NCBI GenBank assembly: GCA_964517155.1
Contig: CAZFAZ010000034.1
Coordinates: forward strand, 1-33,719
From: an uncultured Thermoplasmatales archaeon
GTDB taxonomy: Archaea; Thermoplasmatota; E2; DHVEG-1
Reading direction: 5' to 3'
DNA: 33,719 nucleotides
A program made the position numbers and the translations under genes. How positions within the stretch are numbered: position 1 is the first letter of the stretch; every line of letters starts with the position of its first letter. Shown here in pieces: positions 1 through 6,550 of this stretch. The notes under the pieces are model-generated. The model ran no database searches. It was not told the origin of the DNA and was given only the letters and a program-made list of their open reading frames with translations.

Positions 1-99
1 AGTCTAAACAGCGGGATCAGTTGTCCAGACTGCCTGCAGGTAAGACGCATAGTAGAATGCCGTTTAAAACAGAAAGGGGCTTACGGCCTACACCCAGCA
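1..99 (+). ncRNA. rnpB: RNase P RNA, archaeal type A-like, 3' portion (5' part lies outside the window)
   Basis: AGTAGAAT (51-58) matches CR-IV AGNNNNAU. ACAGAAAGGGGCTTA (69-83) matches CR-V ACNNRANNNNGNNUA exactly. Hairpin AGTCT..ACAGC-GGGATCA-GTTGT..AGACT (1-31) fits P16/P17, GGTAA fits L15, and there is no P18 (archaeal). Exact 3' end uncertain. Confidence 0.9.
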
Positions 100-258
100 T
101 AAATTCAGCTACACCCCTTCAACTCGGATTTTTATATCTGTTGTTTGTGCTTGGCTCAAAAGTTAGCCCTAGCCATATTTTTTTACCCATAACCTATTAT
201 TTCATTTTTCCTTTTTTGCTGCTGATTTTTTTTCAACGTTATTACAACACCCTCCACA

Positions 259-372
259 ATTTTATGTAAAAGATGTTGAGGCTATCTTGGTCATGTTTTT
301 GATGACGGGCCATTGCCACCTGGTAAACGTTTTTGTATTAATTCTGTTGATCTTCATTTAAAGAAAAAATAA
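259..372 (+). pseudogene. msrB: 3' remnant of peptide-methionine (R)-S-oxide reductase MsrB with internal stop
   Basis: Manual translation [36 protein letters not shown] matches the MsrB C-terminal signature CxxCxxHLGHVFxDGPxPTGxRYCINS. In-frame TGA at 277-279; N-terminal two-thirds absent. Confidence 0.85.
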
Positions 373-416
373 ATAAAGTTACAGTAATTTAACCAATAAT
401 TATTAAGGTGTAAAAA

Positions 417-770
417 ATGCCACATGTTGTTCTAAACGGAAATGTAAATCTTGATGATATATTCACTAAATTCAGGGGTGTATTGATTCGTAATGAAAAT
501 GGTGTTCTTAAAACTGATAATATTTATATTAGCCGTGATAAAACTTCTATAATTGTAGAGTCATTAGCTATTGAAAAGGATGCTAAAAATAGTTTTTTAG
601 GTATGATCAGCCATAGGGATGATGGCGTGGTTGTAAGGATATATCCTGGAAGTGAAGTTGAAAAAACTGTAGGCGTTAAAAAAATATTATCCGAAATATC
701 AAGACAATTTCTAGAATTATTTCCTCAATTAAAAATTGGAGAAACGAATCTCTTAGAGTATCTAAAATAA
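417..770 (+). CDS. hypothetical protein (117 aa)
   Basis: Clean ORF with AAGGTG SD-like site upstream and globular composition; family not recognised. Confidence 0.75.
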   Translation: MPHVVLNGNVNLDDIFTKFRGVLIRNENGVLKTDNIYISRDKTSIIVESLAIEKDAKNSFLGMISHRDDGVVVRIYPGSEVEKTVGVKKILSEISRQFLELFPQLKIGETNLLEYLK

Positions 771-852
771 CGGGAATTGTTAAACTAAATGCATAAATGA
801 AATATATATAAAAAGTATTCAGTAAGTTGATTAATTAAAGGAGGTTAAAGTT

Positions 853-1770
853 ATGGTTGAGAAAAAAATTCAGTGTCCAAGTTGTAAAAATCAATTTATG
901 GTTAAAGGAAAACCTTCGGAAAAAATATATGTAACCTGCCCAAAATGTAAAACGTATGGGTCGTTTACTTTTCCGGCAGGGAAATGCGATCCAAATAAAG
1001 TAGAATGTTTCTCGGATCTTGGAGATGTCCGTTTCAAGAAATTAAGGATATTTAATGGAATAATGGGAATTATTCATATGATTCAGGGTTTTTTAATGCT
1101 CATACTAAGTAACACATTTGCCCTACCTTTGACATATACTCGCCCTGAATATAATGCAGTTACAGAAACAATTTCGCCCGTATCAGAAACCTTTTTTAAT
1201 ATACAAATTGGGCCACTTGTAGCTCTGTTTCTTTTTATGTCAGCGATAGCTCATATTCTATTGTCTACCGTGTTATATAAATGGTATGTTAAAAACCTTA
1301 AAAAACATATGAATCCTGCCCGATGGTATGAATACTCTTTCAGTGCATCGTTAATGATTTTTATTATCGGTATGCTTGTTACGATATATGATTTTGGGAC
1401 ATTGCTTGCTTTATTTACCCTTACTGCAGTTATGAATCTTATGGGTCTAGTGATGGAGATTCATAATCAAACGACGACAAAAACAAATTGGACATCTTAT
1501 AATATCGGGTGTATAGCTGGTTTTATTCCGTGGGTTGTCATCTTCATTCCGCTTGTAACTGCGGAATCTGTTCCTGATTTTGTTATTGCAATTTTTATTA
1601 CCATCGCAGTGTTTTTCAATTTGTTTGCAATCAATATGTACTTACAGTATAAGAAGATAGGAAAATGGAAAGATTATCTTTATGGTGAACGAATGTATGT
1701 CATTCTGAGTCTCGTTGCAAAATCAGCATTAGCCTGGCAAGTATTTGCAGGAACTTTGCGACCAATGTAG
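853..1770 (+). CDS. heR: heliorhodopsin with N-terminal CxxC-x17-CxxC zinc-ribbon extension
   Basis: HeR motifs: LRIFN..HMIQG (TM1 His), AIAHIL (TM2 His), NPARWYEYSFSASLM (TM3 counterion Glu), YxYGERMYVILSLVAKSALAWQVF (retinal Lys in SLVAK). The first ~60 aa contain CPSC-x17-CPKC. GGAGG SD near 840-845. Confidence 0.95.
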   Translation: MVEKKIQCPSCKNQFMVKGKPSEKIYVTCPKCKTYGSFTFPAGKCDPNKVECFSDLGDVRFKKLRIFNGIMGIIHMIQGFLMLILSNTFALPLTYTRPEYNAVTETISPVSETFFNIQIGPLVALFLFMSAIAHILLSTVLYKWYVKNLKKHMNPARWYEYSFSASLMIFIIGMLVTIYDFGTLLALFTLTAVMNLMGLVMEIHNQTTTKTNWTSYNIGCIAGFIPWVVIFIPLVTAESVPDFVIAIFITIAVFFNLFAINMYLQYKKIGKWKDYLYGERMYVILSLVAKSALAWQVFAGTLRPM

Positions 1771-1816
1771 ATTAAGGAAAAAAACTGCAGACTTTATGAC
1801 GGTGAGTTACAAATCC

Positions 1817-1886
1817 CTTCTCCTTCACTAAAAATTATTTTTCAGTATATGTACTCAGGAATTAACACATATGCTTACACCCAGCA
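1817..1886 (+). repeat. degenerate rnpB-3'-end composite repeat (R1)
   Basis: TACACCCAGCA (1876-1886) is identical to 89-99 and is preceded by GCT. CTTCTCCTTCACTAAAAAT at 1817 resembles the upstream box of R2-R4 at similar spacing (59 nt). Confidence 0.5.
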
Positions 1887-1937
1887 AACTTAAATTTTAT
1901 CACAAATGTTGTTGTATTTTGTAGTTTTTCATCGAAA

Positions 1938-1978
1938 TTTATAAATATTAGTTAATACCATATATTTATTATTTAATA
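1938..1978 (+). promoter_or_regulatory. TATA box followed by two TATTA-NN-TAATA palindromes (putative autoregulatory operator)
   Basis: TTTATAAA at 1938-1945; TATTAGTTAATA at 1946-1957 and TATTATTTAATA at 1967-1978, 21 bp apart. The AT-rich context weakens significance. Confidence 0.4.
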
Positions 1979-1994
1979 ACAATTGGTGATTAAT

Positions 1995-2273
1995 ATGTCA
2001 AAATCAATTCAAGAATATAAGCTTGAACATTCTCCAACTCTTAATACTGTTTTAATGGTAGAAGAAACTTTAAAAAATATGAACGAAAGTGTAATTACTA
2101 TTGCCAAATTAAAAAAGATACTCCCCAAACAAGTAAATCATAATACCTTAAAGATTATCCTTTTATATTTAGAATATAGTAATAAAATCGCAGTGACATT
2201 AAAAGGAATAACTTGGATACATAATACCAATCCACAACTACGTAAAGCAATTTCAAAAGGTCTTGAATTATGA
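1995..2273 (+). CDS. small winged-helix-like protein, putative antitoxin/regulator
   Basis: ATG at 1995 after GGTGA SD (ORF track starts at 1983). HSPTLNTVLMVEETL...LKIILLYLEYSNKI...ITWIHN pattern. Its stop overlaps the next ATG (ATGA, 2270-2273). Confidence 0.65.
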   Translation: MSKSIQEYKLEHSPTLNTVLMVEETLKNMNESVITIAKLKKILPKQVNHNTLKIILLYLEYSNKIAVTLKGITWIHNTNPQLRKAISKGLEL

Positions 2274-2565
2274 AAAAAGTACGAGTTATTCTTTCACCAG
2301 AAGCAGAAAAAGTATATAAGCATCTGAATGAAGAAGCACCCAGATCAAAAACAGATCAAACAATACTTAAAGCGATTAATAAAAAAGTGGAATATATAAA
2401 GACAAATATGGTGTATCAAACTTATTTAGAATAGAACTTCCAAATTATTGGAGAATGCTTTATACATTAACAGACGGTGAAACAAATATTGAGATTATTG
2501 CGTTTGTTCTTGATTTAATAGATCATCCAACTTATAATAAAAAGTTTGGATATAAAACAAAATAA
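2270..2565 (+). pseudogene. frameshifted/internally deleted RelE/ParE-like toxin gene
   Basis: First frame 2270-2434: MKKVRVILSPEAEKVYKHLNEEAPRSKTDQTILKAINKKVEYIK...*. The -1 frame 2395-2565: YKDKYGVSNLFRIELPNYWRMLYTLTDGETNIEIIAFVLDLIDHPTYNKKFGYKTK*. The V-I-L-S-P-E-A start, WRMLY and DH..Y end fit a RelE-like fold. Confidence 0.7.
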
Positions 2566-2582
2566 GCTTAAATTATCTGCCA

Positions 2583-2655
2583 CTTCTGTCTTCAAAAAAT
2601 GTAAAAAATAAGGAGAAAAAGCTGGTCTAAAGGGGCTTACGGCCTACACCCAACA
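2583..2655 (+). repeat. rnpB-3'-end composite repeat (R2): upstream arm + 24-bp perfect rnpB copy
   Basis: AAAGGGGCTTACGGCCTACACCCA at 2629-2652 is identical to 73-96. It is preceded by CTTCTGTCTTCAAAAAATGTAAAAAATAAGGAGAAAAAGCTGGTCT. Confidence 0.92.
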
Positions 2656-2666
2656 ACATTGTTTAA

Positions 2667-4067
2667 CTATAAATTATTAATTGGATGTTTTGCTGGATGC
2701 CAATCAAAGTTTATATATGGTAATCCTGGTATTATTTTTGGAAGAACTCTAGGTCTATTCCAGTAGTTGTTATTCCACCGGTTACTTTTTGAATTCAGTA
2801 ATAATATTTGTAAAATGTTTTTTTGTAGATTATTGTTTTGAAAGATATTGTTATCTGATTGTTTTAATTGTATTGCTATATCGCAATTCTTTATTGTGTT
2901 GTTTTCTATTGTATTATTATAAGAATTGTATAAAAGGTTAAGACCAGTTTTGCTATTAATTATTATATTGTTTAAAATATGATTATCATGTTGATCTGCA
3001 TCAGAAAATGTTGCTATATGGATTCCTATAAAAATATTGTCTTCTAAAGTATTATTATAGAAAAGATTATACGAGCAAGCAGTAACTGCTGAAAGACCAA
3101 ACATATTATCTGCCACATAGTTATTTCTAACGATATTATGATCAGAGTGATAATCAAGACAGGCTCCATGTAAATTATTAATCAATATATTATTTTGAAC
3201 GATGTTATAATCTGAGTTAAAAAGTATGACTTCTCCATCTGTATCTAAAACTGTTATATTTTCTATTGTGCTATTGTCACAATATGCTAATATCACTGAA
3301 AAATCTGTATTTGAAAGATATAAATCTCTAATTGTTATATTTGAACAATTAACAGCAATAACCTGTCCTGCATCAACTGGCACTTCAAAATTATTATTAT
3401 TTTTATAATAATATAATGGTTTCCCATTAACAGTATTATTATTAATATCGTGTAGGAAATCTTGTTTTGTCAAACTAAGTAATTTTTGATATTGGCCAAG
3501 AAGAATTCCATCTCCAATAAATGAATTATTATTAATCGTTGCATTATAACAAGATGCCATAACTGTTAAACCCATAATATTATTTACAAATCTATTTCCC
3601 ATTATCGTTATATTTGAAGCATATATTCTCAACCCTGATAAATCCCAAATTAGATCTTCACTTAGTGCATTTGTAAAAGTAAAACCTTGAATTGTTACAT
3701 CTGATGCAGAAATATTCATACCGTCAAGGGATTTTTTATTAGCATCAATTACTGTGTTATACTTATTTTCGCCAATAATTGACAATCCTTGTGTTTTAAT
3801 TATAATATTTTCTTGGTATAGTCCTGATCTGACAAATATTGTTTCACCAGGAGTTGCATTGTCGATTCCTTCTTGAATTGTTAAGTAATCATCTGGAATT
3901 ATAATATCTGCACTTATAATATTTAGATTTGTTTTTTCATCATTTTTTATTTCAATGATGGATGCAGTACTTGAGGTCAATGAGAATGCAAAGATAAAAA
4001 TTATCAAAATAGATATTGGACTTTTATAAATCCTATTCATATTTATCACATAATTAATATTAAACAT
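2667..4067 (-). CDS. secreted NosD/CASH (parallel beta-helix) domain protein
   Basis: Signal-peptide-like N-terminus (start may be the ATG at 4040), IPDDYLTIQEGIDNA..G.TIFV.SGLYQENI, Asn-rich PbH1 repeats, NTVNGKPLYYY..AGQVIAVNCSN, C-terminal NNYW..DWHPAKHP. Confidence 0.85.
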   Translation of the reverse strand: MFNINYVINMNRIYKSPISILIIFIFAFSLTSSTASIIEIKNDEKTNLNIISADIIIPDDYLTIQEGIDNATPGETIFVRSGLYQENIIIKTQGLSIIGENKYNTVIDANKKSLDGMNISASDVTIQGFTFTNALSEDLIWDLSGLRIYASNITIMGNRFVNNIMGLTVMASCYNATINNNSFIGDGILLGQYQKLLSLTKQDFLHDINNNTVNGKPLYYYKNNNNFEVPVDAGQVIAVNCSNITIRDLYLSNTDFSVILAYCDNSTIENITVLDTDGEVILFNSDYNIVQNNILINNLHGACLDYHSDHNIVRNNYVADNMFGLSAVTACSYNLFYNNTLEDNIFIGIHIATFSDADQHDNHILNNIIINSKTGLNLLYNSYNNTIENNTIKNCDIAIQLKQSDNNIFQNNNLQKNILQILLLNSKSNRWNNNYWNRPRVLPKIIPGLPYINFDWHPAKHPINNL

Positions 4068-4088
4068 AACATATTTATAGTTATGCTG

Positions 4089-4161
4089 CTTCTGTCTTTA
4101 AAAAATTGAAAAAATCTTGTTTTTCTTCTGTTGCAAAAGGGTTTATGGCCTACACCCAACA
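4089..4161 (+). repeat. rnpB-3'-end composite repeat (R3)
   Basis: AAAAGGGTTTATGGCCTACACCCA at 4135-4158 matches 73-96 at 21/24. CTTCTGTCTTTAAAAAA at 4089 has the same 62-nt spacing to TACACCC as in R2. Confidence 0.88.
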
Positions 4162-5490
4162 ATTAATATTATATGGTTTTTCTACAGGATTTTTATCTAA
4201 TAATAAATAGCTTGGAAAATTTATTTTCTTAGGGCTATGAAGATATGAATCATATAGTGATCTTTGCCAACAAATAATGATTTTTGGAAATATTTTTAAT
4301 AGTTTATGATTCAGACCAATCCATTTATTCCAATAGTTGCTATCCCATACTGTATGGCGGCATTTACCCCATACTTTTACTGTTTCTATTCCACTTGAAT
4401 AGATATTATTTTTCGAAAAGACATTCCAATCAGAGTCGTCTAATTGTATACTGAATGCTTTTTTTTCTGCGTTTGGATGAAAAATACTTGAGTGGAAAAT
4501 ATTAGATGTGAATATGTTATATCTTGATTCCTGTTCTATGGTTATCATTGTAAAAGTATTATTTGTAAAATAATTATAATCAGAAAAACTCAGCCACATA
4601 GAACAAGATGTATTTGTAAAAGTGTTATTTCTAAAAATATTATAATTTGCATATTCTGTCCAGAAACCTTGAAGACTTCCGTTAATTTTATTATTTTCAA
4701 CAATGTTATAATCAGAATAAAATAAATGAATAGTATCTGTTACGTTATTTATTACCAGATTCGATATTTTGCAATAACTACAGTTTACAAGTATTACCTG
4801 CCCTGCATTTTTTAAAACATCAACGTGTTTTTTATTTTTAATATAAACTATTGGTTTTCCATTGGCAGTATTAGACGTATCAATATCATGTATGTAATAA
4901 GAAAGATTTGATTTAAAACCATCAAGGTAATCAAGATAATAAATTAGCAAGTTACAATCAAAGAATTGATTATATCTCAAAGTACAATTTGTACTTTCTA
5001 AGATACACATTCCACATATATTTATTGGTTTTTCTGTGTTATGACTATTTATGAAAATATTATCATTTATTATAACATTAGAAGTTTTATTTATCTCAAG
5101 TAATGAATTATACCAATAATCAAATTTATATGTATTATTTTTCAGAGTGAAACCCGTAAATACAACTTCATCAGCATATATTTGAATGCCTTTATAATTT
5201 CCTTGTACATCAATTATAGTTGAATTTTTATCTTCGCCTATTAAATTGATTTTTTTATCAACAATAATATTGTGTTCATAATATGTACCAGTATAGACAT
5301 ATACCGTATCGCCATTAATTGCATTGTCTATTGCATCCTGAATCGTTGTATAATTTTTAGATCCAGTTCCACCCACATATAGTATATTTTCTGATGAATT
5401 TGTTTGTATTTTTTTACTGGAGGCAAAAAAACCGCTAAAACATAAAGATAACATTAAACATATTACCAGCAATGACACGCATTTTTTCAT
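4150..5490 (-). CDS. secreted NosD/CASH (parallel beta-helix) domain protein
   Basis: Signal peptide, ILYVGGTGSKNYTTIQDAIDNA.NGDTVYVY.GTYYE, DTSNTANGKPIVY..AGQVILVNCS, C-terminal SNYW..DKNPVEKPYNI. The stop codon lies inside repeat R3. Confidence 0.87.
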   Translation of the reverse strand: MKKCVSLLVICLMLSLCFSGFFASSKKIQTNSSENILYVGGTGSKNYTTIQDAIDNAINGDTVYVYTGTYYEHNIIVDKKINLIGEDKNSTIIDVQGNYKGIQIYADEVVFTGFTLKNNTYKFDYWYNSLLEINKTSNVIINDNIFINSHNTEKPINICGMCILESTNCTLRYNQFFDCNLLIYYLDYLDGFKSNLSYYIHDIDTSNTANGKPIVYIKNKKHVDVLKNAGQVILVNCSYCKISNLVINNVTDTIHLFYSDYNIVENNKINGSLQGFWTEYANYNIFRNNTFTNTSCSMWLSFSDYNYFTNNTFTMITIEQESRYNIFTSNIFHSSIFHPNAEKKAFSIQLDDSDWNVFSKNNIYSSGIETVKVWGKCRHTVWDSNYWNKWIGLNHKLLKIFPKIIICWQRSLYDSYLHSPKKINFPSYLLLDKNPVEKPYNINCWV

Positions 5491-5578
5491 AGTATAATCA
5501 CAAAAATTTTATAATATATATTTTAGTAGATATTTATTAAGTTTTTCTTTAATGTGGCATTTTAAAAAATAACCTGAG

Positions 5579-5647
5579 CTTCTGTCTTCAAAAATAGTAA
5601 AAAAATAATGAGAAAATGAAGGTCTAATGCTTACGACCTACAACGAG
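5579..5647 (+). repeat. rnpB-3'-end composite repeat (R4)
   Basis: Arm CTTCTGTCTTCAAAAATAGTAAAAAAATAATGAGAAAATGAAGGTCTAA is highly similar to the R2 arm. GCTTACGACCTACAACGAG (5629-5647) matches rnpB 79-97 at 16/19. Confidence 0.85.
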
Positions 5648-5669
5648 AAAAATATTAATTATTTTTTCT

Positions 5670-5864
5670 TTATATCATTGTTACTTCTACTGCTTTTAAA
5701 CCTTTAACTGTGTTTTCTTTATGATATTCAATATTATCTCCTTTATTTAGAAATATCGTCCAAAAAGGAATATCGCTTTTATGAATAAAGATGTCTTTGC
5801 CATCTTCACCTTCTATAAAGCCATAACCTTGTTTAATATCATACCATTTAACTTTTCCTTTCAT
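5670..5864 (-). CDS. csp: cold-shock domain protein
   Basis: MKGKVKWYD..QGYGFI (RNP1) and DIFIHKSDI (RNP2); GAGGT SD upstream. Confidence 0.92.
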   Translation of the reverse strand: MKGKVKWYDIKQGYGFIEGEDGKDIFIHKSDIPFWTIFLNKGDNIEYHKENTVKGLKAVEVTMI

Positions 5865-5921
5865 AATTATATACCTCTTTTGATTAAAAAAACTGTTAAT
5901 TTTTAAAAACTAAAAAATTTC

Positions 5922-6092
5922 TTAAAAAGAATTCTTGCAATTTTTACAAATTTTATCAGATTCTGAATGTTCTTTTTTTATAAAATCATTACAACTATCA
6001 CTTTCAAATACTGGAATCATCTTAGTTTTACATCTAATTATCTTCTTTTTTTTAATTGGTGTTCTGTTGTTTGTTTTTCTTCGCCTATTCAT
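5922..6092 (-). CDS. small basic Cys4 protein (56 aa, below the ORF-track cutoff)
   Basis: Manual translation MNRRRKTNNRTPIKKKKIIRCKTKMIPVFESDSCNDFIKKEHSESDKICKNCKNSF*. GAAGGT SD-like site upstream; co-oriented between two small genes. Confidence 0.6.
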   Translation of the reverse strand: MNRRRKTNNRTPIKKKKIIRCKTKMIPVFESDSCNDFIKKEHSESDKICKNCKNSF

Positions 6093-6292
6093 TTTTAAAT
6101 ACCTTCGTTTATCAGTTTACCGATAAAAAAACAAAATTGATTTCGTAAATTTATCTAAAAAGATACCAAATCTTTAATTTTTTATTTAATTATCACAAGC
6201 ACTACTACTTTTAACCTTATATAGTTTTACCTAAAAAAAGAAATAGAAAGATTTTGTAAAAAAGTTTAAAATTATTCAAACTTTACTTTTTT

Positions 6293-6463
6293 CTAAAATC
6301 TTTTTGGTTTATGCTTTTGATAGCAATCCCTACAATAAACTGGTCTAGTACCATCTGGTTTGAACGGAACTTCGGTTTCTTTTCCACATTCTGCACAAAT
6401 TACTTTGTGCATTTCTCTTGGAGGTCTATTAAAGCCTCCTCTATTTCTATTTTCTCTATACAT
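6293..6463 (-). CDS. CxxC-x17-CxxC zinc-binding domain protein
   Basis: REMHKVICAECGKETEVPFKPDGTRPVYCRDCY is the typical CxxC-x17-CxxC signature, with an RGG-like N-terminus. The ATG at 6463 is preferred over the TTG at 6499. Confidence 0.9.
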   Translation of the reverse strand: MYRENRNRGGFNRPPREMHKVICAECGKETEVPFKPDGTRPVYCRDCYQKHKPKRF

Positions 6464-6550
6464 ATAACTTATTTTCCTTTTTTTGATTTTAACTAACAAT
6501 AGAAGATTAATATTTAATATTATCCTTTAGATTAAGTTTAATTTTTTGCC

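Noticed and set aside
107..117. Short AGCTACACCCC echo of the repeat core right after rnpB
   Set aside because: Only 8 nt match (CTACACCC) and there is no arm. It may be a scar but is too short to call.
21..269. 82-aa ORF in the ORF track
   Set aside because: It overlaps the RNase P RNA 3' end and T-rich terminator-like DNA, and has no protein-like features.
277..279. TGA in msrB as selenocysteine
   Set aside because: It falls at a non-catalytic position after CxxC (likely GGA>TGA), the catalytic position is still Cys (RFCINS), and the gene is 5'-truncated.
1783..1827. tRNA-like fragment (ACTGCAGA...GAGTTACAAATCCC)
   Set aside because: No consistent stems or cloverleaf can be formed.
2648..4160. 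Canonical integron attC sites (ACCCAAC = RYYYAAC in R2 and R3)
   Set aside because: There is no matching GTTRRRY or long imperfect palindrome, the rnpB and R1 copies read ACCCAGC, and no intI is seen. The resemblance to integrons is organisational only.
73..5647. Repeats as a CRISPR array
   Set aside because: The copies are separated by 0.8-1.8 kb of genes rather than 30-45 nt spacers, there are no cas genes, and the repeat is part of rnpB.
5935..6126. 63-aa plus-strand ORF
   Set aside because: It is antisense to the better-supported 56-aa Cys4 ORF, and its hydrophobicity reflects T-rich sequence.
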